Assembly (NCBI GenBank): GCA_030704615.1
Contig: CM060732.1
Span: 10,478,001 to 10,542,000, forward strand
Direction: 5' to 3'
Length of the DNA stretch: 64,000 nucleotides
Origin: Takakia lepidozioides
Taxonomy: Eukaryota; Plantae; Bryophyta
Shown: piece by piece, positions 12,365-25,900 of the stretch
Numbering within the stretch: position 1 is the first letter of the stretch
How the letters are laid out: every line of letters begins with the position of its first letter
Notes under the pieces: model-generated
What the model was told of the DNA's origin: nothing
The model's database searches: none
The model's input: only the letters and a program-made list of their open reading frames with translations
Position numbers and translations under genes: made by a program

Positions 12365-13410
12365 TCGACCCAATGTGGTCAGCCCAAAAGGTCAGACGCA
12401 CGGGCGGCCCGCCTGGTTACGCCACGTGGTTCTTCAGCATTAATCACAATAATCGCTGAGCAGTTGTTCGCGCGTCTGTGTCCTTTACCACTCCAATCAT
12501 TGGATGTCCGACCCAACTTCCACGTCTGTTGTAACTAGTCGTTTGTAACTTCCAGTCGATCCCGGTTTTTTGACTTTTACGACTCAAAATGAGTCGTTAC
12601 CCCAGTGGTTAATGACACAAATGCTTCTAGTGCTGGCGCCTTGAGGGGAAGAGATGCACCATGCACCACTGTCCCAGACCATCTCGGAGGAGTCCACACT
12701 TGGGTGAAGCCGCATCTTTGAACGCTCGCTTCTGTTAGAGAGAGGGTGATACCTAGCCAGTGGAGTCGTAGAAAGAAATAACTGGGCCAATGTCAATAGG
12801 TTCGGACAGCAGAGTGATGGAAACCATGCGTGAGAGAGCACCAACTTCATACATGAATCGCTCACGCCACCTTGAACTTGTGCACAGTTGCAGCTAATCC
12901 AGTGAGGTGATGAGGTACAGGTGCAGAGAAACCTGTAACTTGTGTACAGAATCTTAGAGCCATGGCACACGTAGAGCGAGGCTGCCGTCGTGCAAACAGC
13001 GTGTAGTGGTGGGGCGGTAGCTGGTCAGGCCTGCCTGCGTATTCCGTAAAATGGGCGCTGATGGGAAAAAGCTCAATCATGGTCTCCGGGGCCCAACGCA
13101 GACGATAATCCTGCGAGAGGTAGTTTAAACTCTGCGTACTAGAGTGGTGAGAAGAGTGGGGGTGTGATAAGACCCAGATTCAGGGGGACAAGGTGAGAAA
13201 CGGGGGGAAGAGACGAGCTGGGGAGCTATGGCGGCTGACCTCGCCAACATTGTTAGTTGTAGCTGCGATAGCAGACCCGCTAGCGAGAGCGCGTGAGATA
13301 GTGGAAATAAGAATAAGGTTTAGCAGGAGCGCTAAGTTGGCGGATAGCAGAGAGGTTAGCCGAGAGGCGTGGAGGAGGGCGGCGCTCCGCCCTCCCACCT
13401 TAGCTGATTA
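12365..13410. mobile_element. Probable retroelement non-coding fragment (possible PPT plus LTR start near 13163)
   Basis: Interrupts the PPR unit. Purine tract GAGAAGAGTGGGGG is followed by TGTGATAAG. No second LTR was found to confirm. Confidence 0.3.
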
Positions 13411-16400
13411 CTTCTCTCGTGAACTCTGCCACATCCAAGTGCTCCACCCAGTCCGACTGGTCTGCCAACACATAATTTCGCAAGATCCGCTTCACCACGG
13501 AGTTCACTCTTTCCGTTTGGCCGTCCATTGTAGGTCGGAAGGCCGTGCTCATCTCGAGCCTCGTCCCCATTTCTTCCAGAGTGCCCTCCAAAATTTACTT
13601 GTAAACTTTGGATCGCGGTCCGAGACAATATCCTTCGGGAGTCCATGATGCTTGAAGATGTGGGCGAAGTAAAGTCGCCCTGTCTCATGTGCCCTTGCCG
13701 TCTCCTTGGTGGGGATGCAATGGCCCATTTTACTGAACTATCCACCACCACCATGATTGCATCGAATCCTTTTGACAGCGGCAAAGCAGTCATGAAATCC
13801 ATCGAGACACTTTCCCAAGACCCCTCTGAAATCGGCAAGGGTTGTTACAGCCTCGCTTGCTTTTTGTACTCGCTCCGGTTTTGTTGGCATGTGGTGCATG
13901 TCTTGACATACTCCTTGGCGTCCTCCCTCAGTTTGGGCCAGAAATACTCTTTCTTCAAGAGTGTCGTGGTGCACTTGGCACCGCCGTGGCCCGCAAGCGG
14001 GCCATCATGGCATTCTCTCAAGAGACTATCTCTGATCCATCCCTTCAGCACGTAGAGACGCTTTTGCTTATACCAGAGCAATCCATTATGCAAGTGGAAC
14101 TGCGATTTAACCCCCAACCTCAAGTCCTGCATCACGGGCTTCGCCATTTCATCCTTCCCGTAAGCCTTCCAGATCTTCATTTGGTGCACCGTCTCGCCCC
14201 TGTACACCAACATGAGCTGCTGCTTTCTACTTAAAGCATCGGCCACCACATTGTCCCGTCCCGGTTTGTACTGGATATCCACGTCGAACACTGCCAAAGT
14301 GTCTTGCCACTTAAGTTGTTTTGGGGACAACTTAAGCTGTGTGGCAAAATACTTCACCATAATATTGTCCGTGAACACCTTCACCGGGTTGGAACCAACA
14401 TAGTGGCGCCAAAGCTCAAGGCAATGCACCACCGCCTTCATTTCTTTCTCGTGCGTAGGCCACTGTCGCTCCACTTCATTTAGTTTCTTATTTTTGTAAG
14501 CCACTGGACGTCCATCCTACATGAGCACACCCCCGATTGCAAAGTCCAACGCATCTGTATGAATCTCAAATGGACGGTCGAACTCCGGGATTTTCAAGAC
14601 TGGAGTTTCCACCATCCGCTGCTTCAACTCGGCAAAAGCTTGACCACATAAAGTGTTCCATACCCATACCTTGGACTTTCACAGAAGGTCTGACAGCGGC
14701 CCTGCGATCTTGGCAAAATTTCTCACATACTTTCGGTAATAGGAGGCGAATCCCAGAAAGGATCGCACTCCCGGGACCAAAGTCGGAGGTTCCCAGTCCA
14801 AGATCGCCCTCACATTTCTATCATCCATTTTGATCCCATTTTGTGTAATTACATGCCCTATGAACTCCACTTTCGTGACCCCGAATTTGCACTTTGAAGC
14901 TTTGGCATACAGCTTCCTTTCCCGCAATTTCTGTAACACCCTTTTGAGGTGCTCCAAGTGCTTTTCCTTCGTTTTCGAATACACCAAGATATCGTCGATG
15001 TACACAATCACAAAGTCATCCAACCACTCTTGAAAGAGACAGTTCATCAGGGTGCTAAAGGTTGTTGGCGCGTTGGTAAGCCCAAAAGGCATCACCAAAA
15101 ATTCGTATGAGCCATACCTTGTCCTGCATGCTGTCTTTTCCTCATCTCCTTCCGCTATCCGGATCTGGAGGTAATTCGATCCGGCTGAAATACTTTGCTC
15201 CTGCCAATCAATCGAAGAGGTCGTCGATCCTTGGCAAAGGGTACCGGTTCTTTATAGTCACCTTATTCAAAGCCCTGTAATCGACACACATCCGTAGCGT
15301 CCCATCCTTCTTATCTGCGAATAGTACCGGGGCTTCGTAAGGTGACTTACTTGGCCGGATGTACCCCTTTGCCATTAGATCCTTGAGCTGGGCCTTCAGC
15401 TCGACCAACTCTCTGTGGCTCAACTGGTAGGGCGCCTTGGCAGGCGGCTCCGATCCCGGTATCACCTCTATCTTGTGGTCAACTCCTCTTCGCAGTGGCA
15501 AGCTGCTTGGTAAATCCTCTGGCATCACATCCTGGTATTTCTCCAGGATCCCCTTGATCCAATCTGGGCTCGGCTCCCTATCGACTTCTCCTTCCACTTG
15601 TCTCACGTAAAGCAAAAACTGGGGCTCGTGTGGCTCCTCCACGGCCCACTCTTTTGCTGTCAGCAGGTTTATTTGCCCTCCCACTCGGTTGGGCGTTTCC
15701 GACACCCGTAAAACTTTGCCACCATTCCCACACGGTAGCGTGACTATTCTCTTGCGGCCATCTATGACCGCTCTGGATTTGCTCAAAAGGGTCATCCCCA
15801 AAATGAGATCCACTCCATCGATCTCGCAAATGATGAAGTTCTCACGTCCCTCCCAACTCCCCAGCTGAAGAGAAACATCAAACACCAACCTCGTCGCCAG
15901 TTGTGGTTCTCCTTTGGCAGAACGCACTTCAATAGAGGCCCCCACATCACTTGTCGGGAGCCCCAGCTTCCGTGCCGTTGCCGGTGTCATGAAGGAGTGC
16001 GACGCTCCTGTGTCCACCAACAACGACACGTTAGTTCCGGAAATTATCCCACTCACGAACATTAACTGACTCCCTTTATGCAAGGCTCCAGTCTCCTGAT
16101 ACAACTCACAAGAGTAGTTGCCTACCTTGCAAGTCTTGGCGACCACCGCTTCCACCAAGCGGCTGATGGAATCTGCGGACAGCTCCGTGGTCGCCCGAGT
16201 CATATTCAATTGTTGGGGTTTCGCGCACTTCTTGGCCATGTGCCTGGGCTCCCCGCAATTAAAGCACACTCCATCGAAGGTTGCCTTCTGTCTGTCATAA
16301 GCCGCCGCACCTTATTTTCCTTTTGGAGCACCGGGTGCCGCCTTGACGTGTGAAGGCCTTCCCTTCGATTTCCATGTGCCATTGTCACCGCGTGGCCTAT

Positions 16401-17190
16401 CCCACTTCTTTTCCGGTTGGAAGCCCTCCCGCCGGGCCTTCTTGTGGTTCAGCTCCATGTGGCCTTGTCTTTCGCCCCTAGGAACATCCGAGAAACATTC
16501 AGCCCTTTCAATTGCCTCGTTCAAAGTCTTTGGTGGCTTCTCCTCCAACTTCCGCCTAGCCTATGGGGCCAGTCCCGCCACAAAGTTGAAGACCATTTCT
16601 GGTTCCGCCATATCCGCGACTTCGAGCAGTAGCACATTGAAAGCTTGAACATATCCTCGAATGTCATCCGTTTGCTTCAAATTTTTCATCTTCTCCTGGG
16701 CAAGCCAGGACGTGTTGAGGGGCACGAACTGTTTCTTCATTAGTTCCTTGAACCCACTCCAGCTCAAGGTCTCTCGGTCTGGCCCTTGGTCCTGAAGACG
16801 TTTTTGCCACCATTGTTGAGCATAACCTCTCAAATAGGTGGGTGCCACTTCCACCCGATCCTCGTCACTCAACTTGGCCGCCCGGAAGTACTGCTCTAGC
16901 TCCAGAAGCCAGGTGTTGAGTGCCTTCCGATTTTGGATGCCCTCGAAGGTGTCGGGTTCCTTAGGCTTCATCTTAAACTTTGCCTTAGTGGAAGTGGTGT
17001 TGGCAGCTTTCATTACGTCCTTCAGTGTCCCGCCAAACTGTGCCAGAAGCCCTTCCCAAAAGACTGCTGGCATGGGAGACATCTGTTGGTCTGACGGAAC
17101 CTTTGGGAAATCCTCGGGCTCCGTCCCCTCAAATTCCTCCCGCCCCCGAGCGGCCTCGCTATCAGAAGCATAAATTGTCTCTTCCAGTTG
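13410..17190 (-). mobile_element. Ty3/gypsy gag-pol, degenerate (chromovirus-like RT), truncated at both ends
   Basis: Gag (KPKEPDTFEG..WLLELEQYF), zinc knuckle [14 protein letters not shown], protease [12 protein letters not shown] ([20 protein letters not shown]), RNase H, integrase HHCC and WESVSMDF, in gypsy domain order. Contains stops. Confidence 0.93.
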
Positions 17191-17833
17191 CCTAGACGGA
17201 GTGTCTGAGGACCCTGAGGCTAGTGATGAGTCAGGTGGTGCCAGAGATATACATGAGGATTCGGCTGTGTTGGACTACCTCCGCACGGGAGACACGGCAG
17301 CCACTGTGACTGTCAGGGAGAGGGATCGGATCCTGCAACGAGCCAAGAGGTTCAAGTGGGAGGGGATACACCTACTTCGAGTGTGGGAGGATGGTTGGGT
17401 GAGGATTGTGCCTCACCCCACACAGCGTGCACGGTTAGTGTGGCATGCCTATGAGGAGTTGGGGCATTTTGGAGTGCGACGCACTCACAGTTTACTGCAG
17501 GGGCAGTATTGGTGGCATGGTATGCATACAGAGGTGCAACAGTTCGTGGCTAGGTGCATGGTGTGTGACAGGGTGCGTGCTTCATTCAACGCCCCTACAC
17601 CACGGTTGCATCCTTTACCAATCATGGGATTGGGCTACAGGTGAAGTCTTGACTTCGCAGGACCGTTGCCACTGACTATGCGCCACCACAGATATGTGTT
17701 GGTGATGGTGGAGCACTTCTCCAAGTGGATTGAGTTGGTTCCATTGCCTGACAAGGCTAGTGAGGGGGCTGCGTATGCATTCTTGGATTGTGTGCTTAGC
17801 CGATTTGGTGCTCCAGCTGAGGTACTCACGGAC
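17191..17833 (+). mobile_element. Ty3/gypsy integrase fragment from a different element
   Basis: ELGHFGVRRT..QYWWHGM..CMVC..SLDFAGPLP..VEHFSKWIE..RFGAPAEVLTD. Ends abruptly at MULE sequence. Confidence 0.88.
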
Positions 17834-19275
17834 CGATCTGCCTCAGTCCCTTGTCCTGGAAACCTACTTCCATGAATGTAGTCATATCCACATCGTCGCT
17901 TCACCTCCAGAATGGAGTGCATATCCGAGCCACGCCCAATTTTCTGTTTGCATGAGACAATGTGATTTCGGACATTCGGTGAACATACGTGGGACACCGA
18001 CTCCAGCAATGCCTCCATTTCCTTCTCGTCGAGAGGAACTCTATCGGAGCCGTCTTCCGACATAATTCTGGCCAATGCCATCTTATGGGCGGCTTGGAGC
18101 TGTATCTGTTTGGGTTTGGCACCCGGTCTCAACTTAACCTCCTCCTGAACGAGCTGCTCTGCTTCGTGGGCAGCCTCCCGCGAGTTCCCCCTCGCCAATT
18201 TGTGACAATGGGAACCAATGTGTATGCAAGCTCGGGTGAGGTCAGGGAAACGGTGCAACACATAGAGCTGCTTGGCATTACAAACAGACATGCAGTGTGG
18301 TGGTTCTTTGCAATGCGCACACTTAAATGTGGAGTTCGGAACCTTCTCCTGAGCTCGAAATGGTTGATAAGCTGTGCCTGTCCAATCGGTCTCGTTCCTG
18401 TGACCTCTGGATTTAAAGTGGAAGCAAGTTGGGGAGAAACACCGCAACGCGCCCGCACAAACAACGTAGCGCACCCGCACACCATCGAGCATCTTCATGC
18501 TGGTGGTTTTGGTAACGCACCAAGGATGACCGTCATGTTTTCTATCCATATCTGTCAACATTCCGGACGCCCTTGAGTAGTCCGCCCGAGGAGGGAACTC
18601 AAAGAAGATATTACCGTCGACGTCGGCGGGAAGGCATGTAACCGATTTAATTGCGAACTTGTTGTAGTCCAGCCCGGCCAGCTCCGACCGGTGTCCCTCC
18701 AGGTGAAGCCCTCGCAGAATTTCAAGAATAGATCGAACTGCGGTGCTCGTGCTGGGAATATGACTCCCTCCTCCACTGACGTCCATTGAGGACTTGCCTG
18801 ATCTCCAGGACGACCTCGGAACTTCCATGACCTCGTCTGAGTCGGACAGGTTGTGAACAACCCGGTTCTCGCTCGTCTTCATGGATGGGTTCGGCTCTGG
18901 ATTTACTTCGTTGCGGACTTCTCTCTTTGAGGTAGCCACTCTCTGATTCGCGGATTGTTTCGTGGAAGGCGCCAGGATAGAAGGTGCATTTGGCGGGCAA
19001 ATGAAGTCCCCAACAGCCCTGTATATGACGCTGTCCAATGGTGGAACTCGCCATTCCCTGCCATCGCCGAAATCATCGTGGAGCACAACAATACTCTCGA
19101 CAACAAGGCCGTTAGAGTCCTTCCTTTCCTCCTCCAAAAAAACCGACCCCGGTTTCAGGTGGTATCGAACGCACAGATATTTCTCCATCACCCGGCAGGT
19201 GTCCCCTCTGCACGGAAATGAAGCTCTATGCTCGTGAGGAGGGCAGTACACTGTAGTGCTCAGGTTTTCCGCCAT
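17834..19275 (-). pseudogene. B2 transposase N-terminal half with a GCM-like zinc domain, 3'-truncated
   Basis: Uninterrupted frame containing DGHPWCVTKTTS..YVVCAGALRC..CAHC..CNAKQ..ACIHIGSHCH. Cut before the first catalytic Asp. Confidence 0.8.
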
Positions 19276-19574
19276 GGGAGATGTGCACACAAGACTCCCA
19301 GGATGGAGTGCGGGGAAGCTCCCTGGTAGAAGGGGGATGCAGCGATGGGAATGAATGCGATGCCGATTTGTCCGAGCGACGAAGCCTGATCCAAATCCAG
19401 GGAGCCAACTATCTCAAAAATCCACAGTCAGAGTGTTAATGAACCTTGTCTCCGGAATGCGGCCCCTGGTCTTTGCGCAATAACTGCCAACGGTATGCAG
19501 TCAGAAAGTGGGGGGCCGTCCGGATGATGACGGCTGAAGGGGAGAAGCCGGCACCGTGCCGTCACATTACTACC

Positions 19575-21560
19575 CCCGAATGGAAATTCGGCACCCAATA
19601 TCCAACAGGGGAAGCCCGGATGAAGTCGCCTCGGGCGCAGAGGCCGGTGCGTGTGCGACAGAGAACATCCCCTGGATGGAGATTCGGCGCCGAATTTCCA
19701 TCCGGGCCCCCCAAAGGAAGTCGTGTCGGGGGGTCAGGCCGAAAACTGGCCGGCATAAAAACATCCCCAAATGGAAAAACGGCGCCGAATTTCCATCCAG
19801 GGCGGTTCGGATGCAGTCGGGGAGGGGGGAGAGGCCGGCACTTGGCCGTCACATTTCAACCCCCGGACGGAAATTCGGCACCGAATATCGAACAGGGAGC
19901 AGAAGTCGCCTCTGGCGTAGAGGTCGGCACGTGTTCGACAGAGAGCATCCCCTGGATGGAGATTCGGCGCCGAATTTCCATCCGGCCCCCCCCAAGGAAG
20001 TCTTGTCGGGGTATCAGACCGAAAACTGGCCGACATAAAAACCTCCCCAGATAGGAAAACGGCGCCGAATTTCAATCCGGGGCCGTTCCAATGCGGTCGG
20101 GGAGGGGGGAGAGGTCGGCACCTGGCCGTCATATTTCAACCGTCGGACGGAAATTCGGCACCGAATATCCAACAGAGCGGCGGAGAGGCCGGCACCTCTC
20201 CGACAGAGACCAGCCCCCGGATGGAAATTCGGCGCCGAATTTCCACCCAGCAGGCAAGTGCAATCCCGGATGGATGGAAATCCGGCGCCGAATTTCCATC
20301 CAGCAGGTAAGTGAAATCCCGGATCGATCGAAATCCGGCGCCGCATATCCATCCTGCAGGTAATTCGAATCCCGGAATTTCCATCCAACAGGTAAGTCGG
20401 ATCGCTGGCGTATGGATATCCGGCGCCGAATTTCCATCCTGCAGGTAATTCATCGCTGAGAATAACCTTCCTGCAGGTAATTCTGATCGATGAATTACCT
20501 TCCTGCAGGTAATTCTTATCGACGAAGGTAGGAAGGTAATTCCGAGATGAGAATTACCTGCAGGAAGATAATTCTCAACGAGGAAATACCTGCAGGATGG
20601 AAATTCGGCACCGGATTTCGATCCATCCGGGATTCCAGTTACCTGCTGGATGAAAATGCGGCGCCGAATTTCCATCCATCCGGGATTCGAATTACCTGCT
20701 GGATGGGAATCCGGCACCGAATTTCCATCCATCCGGGATTCCACTTACCTGCTGGACGGAAATCCGGCGCCGAATTTCCATCCATTCGGGATTCCACTTA
20801 CCTGCTGGACGGAAATCCGGCGCCGAATTTCCATCCATCTGGGATTCGAATTACCTGCAGGATGGAAATTCGGCGCCGGATTTCCATCCATCCGGGATTC
20901 CACTTACCTGCAGGATGGAAATCCGGTGCCGGATCTCCATCCATCCGGTGCCGGATCTCCATCCATCCGCTCTCCGACCAACCTTGCGGATGGAAATCCG
21001 GTACCGGATTTCCATCATCCGCTATTCGAATTACCTGCATGACGGAAATTTTGCGCGCCGACCTAGCTAGCGGATGGAAATCCGGCGCCGGATTTCCATC
21101 CATCCGCTCTTCGAATTACCTGCATGACTGGAAAAATGGCGCCGAATTTCCGATTTTGGTGCAAGTCAGATCTGGGACTTAGCCATTTTCGGCCCCGAAA
21201 TGGAAAAATGGCGCCGAAAAAAAAAAAAAAAAAAAAAAAACGCCGTTTTTCCAGTTCGGGGCCGAAAACGGCTAAGTCCCAGATCTGACTGGCACCCAAA
21301 ATCGGAAATTCGGCGCCATTTTTCCAGTCATGCAGGTAATTCGAAGAGCGGATGGATGGAAATCCGGCACGGATTTTCATCCATCCGCTCTTCGAATTAC
21401 CTGCATGACGGAAATTTTGCGCGCCGACTTATCTGGCGGATGGAAATCCGGCGCCGGATTTCCATCCATCCGCTCTTTGAATTACCTGCATGACTGGAAG
21501 AATGGCGCCGAATTTCCGATTTTGGTGCCAGTCAGATCTGGGACTTAGCCATTTTCGGCA
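19575..21560. repeat. B-type palindrome array
   Basis: Dozens of GGATGGAAAT(T/C)CGGCGCCG(A/G)ATTTCCATCC variants with AATTACCTGCAGG linkers. Long inverted repeat at 21087-21368. Confidence 0.92.
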
Positions 21561-21589
21561 AAGAAATGGAAAAAAGAGCCGGAAAAAAA

Positions 21590-22920
21590 ACCACCAACAA
21601 AATACTATGCACTACCTTGGCTAAGATAGTCAATGCAAACAGAACAGACTGGGATACAAAGCTGTTGACAGCTTTGTGGTCATACAAAATTTTATATAAA
21701 GTTATCATCAAGTATACACCATTCCAATTAGTTTATGGTATGGAAGCTTTATTTCCAGTGAAATTCTTATTACCTACCATGAGAACTGAATGGGGAATGA
21801 GAATGGAATTGGAGGATTCAATTAAAGTAAGGAAACATGAATTATATCATGTGGAAGAAGTACGTGTTGATGCAGCAGATAACATGACCAGAATTCAGAT
21901 GAAGAGGAAGGATCAGTTTGATGAAGGTAAATTGAAGACTTTTAAGATGGGTGATTTGGTACTGTGGTTGCAGAAGAAGAGAAAGATTAAAGCTTCTAAG
22001 CTTAAATCACCATGGAAAGGACCTTATGTCATACAGAAGATGTATGATAACAACACAGCTATGTTACAAACCATTAACAAAGAGATGCTTGGTAGAGTCA
22101 ATGCCAATAAGTTGAAGGGATACAGTGGTATCCATGATAGACCATTGCAGCATGATTTGCATCTTGAAACACAGATGCAGTCACAGACTACACCGGTAGC
22201 ACCAGCGGAGCATGGAGCACTTGTCATAAAGCCGAATGTGTATGGCCATAGCAGAGAACATAGGTGTTCACACAACCATCACAGGCCACCACAGTCTAAC
22301 ACAGCATATCACAGCCTATTACAGCATATCACAACTCACCACAGTCCGACACAGCCTATCACAGCCCAACACAGGTTGCACAGTCTATAGGGTCAGTGAC
22401 AGGTGGACACAAGTTAACGACACTAAAGTGGCCGGTAAGTGTAAAGACAGTTTGGAAGTCAAACTCGGAGAATGTGCCACGCGGACAGAGAGAGATGGGA
22501 GAGTGTTTGAATTCAAACACGATCTTGAACTTGCTTAGAGTTGGAGAACCTCCCTCCTTAACGTGTATCCAGGTACACTGAATGTTTGTGAAACATCAAA
22601 CTATGGAGGATCAAGAAGAACATGAGCAAGTTCTCCATGAAGACCCTCAGCAGGCCATGCTTATGAGTTCCATAAGCATGACACTTAATTTGTTGGGCAC
22701 CTATGTCAAGACCCATGTTCCTTCCACATAATTGGCAGCATTGAGGAAGGAGCTCAAGCAAGAGTTTGAGGCAAGAATTGCCACTGAGTGTGCAAATAAG
22801 GTGGATGTGGAGGCCAACCTCAAGTTGCAGAAAGAGTTGGAGGACACTAAATCTGCTCTACAGCTTGCGAAGGAAAACTTGATTGAAGCAGGTCTGGAGC
22901 AGGAAAAGTTGCATGAAGTA
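21590..22920 (+). mobile_element. Ty3/gypsy integrase C-terminus and 3' region
   Basis: TNKILCTTLAKIV..DWDTKLLTALWSY..YTPFQLVYG..KLKSPWKGPY (GPY/F module), followed by 10-bp CACAG-type repeats at 22270-22380. Confidence 0.88.
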
Positions 22921-25900
22921 ATTCGGGCAAGTCTCCCAACATTTCCTCGTCGGACGACTCTGCAAGGCTGAGTGTATGCACAAACACAGAATGAAGCACA
23001 TTAGAACATTCAAACAGGGAATCATCGGCAGGCTGCATGGTCCCTACAACCAAAACCAATACATTTACTATGGTGCAACTCACTCGAAGATAGACATTGC
23101 AGGAAGCGGCTTCGGGCACCTCTGCATCGGACGAATTTCCTGGACTTCCTCCTCCTCCTCTTCCTCCTCCCCTTCCACGTCCTCTTCTGCGTTGTTGGGA
23201 TCCTCAGTCGGAGGCAGACGCTGTAGGCCCGCCAAATTGAAATCGTACAAGCCGTATCCCCCTCAAATGAGAACACAAATCGGTTGGACATCCTTCCCGC
23301 CCACATACACGCACCTGCAAATTCATACAACACAACCAAAGCCAAAGTCAAGAATGACTCGCTTCCTCGCGCAAGCAAACAAAGACAATCGGAAACGGTG
23401 TCAATTTCGGTGCCGCAATCACTGAACGCTCTCACCTGTATTAGCAGTGATGTCGAGGACCCTGCCTTCAACATCCGTACACATTTCCATGAGCGTCTGG
23501 ATGAATGCAGGACTCATGGTCTTGCCATACCTCCAAGGCTTGCCCGACAAATCACAAAGCATGTCCTTCTCTCCCACATGGTTGAACATGACGTTATACT
23601 CCAGTGGATCAACTGTGGAATCAACAAGTCTGTCTGCTTGACGTAATTTGAATTTCGAATGCTCATTCACGAAGCAGAATGCCTGAAAGATAAGAGTCTG
23701 CAAAGAAGGAAAGGAGAACGTGAGAGGTGGCCTACACGTACATGGGCAATTTTGGCACAGAAATTGGCAGAACAGAGGAGAACCGCAACATACCTTCTAA
23801 CCATCGTTGACAAGACTTTGCGTGTTGATGCAAGTCCAAATCTTTTTCAGGATGGGTGCTGCACTTCTCCCCGTCCAAACTTTGATATCATTCTCAGTGA
23901 CTTCTCCATTGGCTGCTAGCACAATAACACAGCCATCGTCGTCCAACATGTTGGCTGCGAACGGGCAGTTGCAGGGTTTAGTGGACCAAAAACGGCAGAT
24001 CCTGCTCCATGAAAGTCCATGACCAAAAAACAAAAAGTTGAGGATACTATTTAAAAAAAACATTTAGTGATAGATAATGGTATACTGAACATATTTAGTA
24101 AAGAGTCCTATCCCAAATATTAAAGATATAATTTATTAAATATTTTAGTCTATTATTTAGAGAAATTATGAAAAACTAAAAATTAGAGTTTACAAAAAAA
24201 ATTCAATATGCCACCTAGCCATTGAAGATTATAGGTTTTTATAGTTCTAGAAAAAAAATGACACCCAAAATCCAAAAAACAATATGAGTTATGGACTTTT
24301 CAAAAAACGCCTATTTTTTTAAAATATAGTAGTCCATATGAGTCAAATGACAAATGATTTTGCCACTTCAAATCCATACCTAAGATGTGGACCAAAATGG
24401 CCACCTTATGTCCAAATTTCAATGGAATTCACCAATGGTACATAGGAGAACTTGAGTCCATTGTAACTCCATTCACTGCGGTAACAGTCCACAATGACGG
24501 TGTTCAAAGTCCATAGCGGAGTCATTTCTTATCGGATTTATGATTGGAGAGTTGCTATGGGTGCATATTGAAGCTAGGAATCCAATAAAATATATTTTTT
24601 CTGGTTTTAATGAGTTAATTCCAATTCAATTGATGACACCATCAATTGCAGTCATCTAAAACTGTGCCGGTAACGTCCATTTTGGTCCAGTCAACCCTGC
24701 ATTCACCCGAACCCGAATGTGTGGCTCCAGTATCTTTCATCGTACTTGTTCCACCAGGGTAGTGAGCCCAGCCCCAGTATCTCCTGCCCATCCGGGATAT
24801 CCACAAGGATCATGTTGATGGAGGCTTTCACCGCCCTGCCCCCGACTGTGCTCTTTTTGCCGTGGCTCATCGTCACAAAATACTCCATCATCTTTGTGTA
24901 GCCGGGAGTGTCCTCCATATCAATTCCAGTGGCCTTCCTCTTCCCCTTCCCCTGGTGGGCCTCGATCGTCTTCCTCAATCTCGTTTTCTCCAGCCTTCTG
25001 GTCAGAGCAATTAGGAAATTTTTATTAACACACTCCACAATTGTGGGTGTTTTGAGGACTTCCCTGCCCGCAATGTGCACCGCACGGTATGGTCTACCAG
25101 GTGCATCCTTGTATAGTGATCTCTTCGCAGCCGAACCCCCGGAGCGCTGGCCCTTGTCAATTTTCGGACGAGGTGTAGCCCCATGGGTGTTATCCTGCTG
25201 GAAATCGTCGTCGGAATCCTCGTCATCTGGCTGACTATGTTGTTGCTTCTTCTTCTTGGGTATGGGGCTCTTTGTCTCTTGCCCCTGTTTGCGCGTTCTT
25301 TTCTTCCTGTCCTTGGGCTGCTCAGCTACCTACTTCTCCATCTGCTCCTTCGCCAACGCTGCCGCCTTGGTTGACTTTCTCAGTGCTTTCTGCTTTGCTG
25401 CCTCCGCTGCTTTCAGTTTTTCCATGTCCTTTGGTTGGGGATCCAAATGCGCCTTCATAGCCCGGGCATTCGCTTCCTTCTTCAAGTTAACCTCCGAGAG
25501 GTCAACAGTCCCACTTGAGAGATCCACATACCAGGGACAGTCTACCAAATGCTCGGCATGCCACTCCTTCGCCATTACTTCTGTGTACATCGTACCACGA
25601 CCTCCATGTGTCCTCCACGCCAGGAAGAATGGTGGAACCCTTTGAATGGCTCCGGACGGAATGAGAGCAAAATTTACATACCTGCAATCACGAGCCAATT
25701 CAACAAAAATCATGCTACTGATGCATCATGCAAGAGGAAGTTCTGAGTGCAGAAGGTATTTCGGCTTCGGCACCGAAATACGCAGTGGACCGTGCCCCAA
25801 TTACCCAGCATTTACATCTTGCAGAGGTATATTTCGGCGCCGCAATACCCACCGCTGCTTAGCTAAATCCTCAAAACTGTAAATAGGGGGATGCATTGGC

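Larger units (their letters stand above)
17834..21590. mobile_element. MULE-like copy B2 (internal fragment: transposase 5' half plus palindrome spacer)
   Basis: Nearly identical to B1 47413-49830. No termini present. Confidence 0.9.

Noticed and set aside
17635-19290. 551-aa ORF as a complete protein
   Set aside because: Its last 65 or so residues are read-through into the antisense strand of an integrase fragment beyond the junction at 17834.
19446-21548. Many long ORFs with MEIRRRISI / WKFGAEF / MNFGAEIH peptides (also 5000-5970 and 49000-50700)
   Set aside because: They are translations of palindromic repeats that lack stop codons and give the same peptides on both strands.
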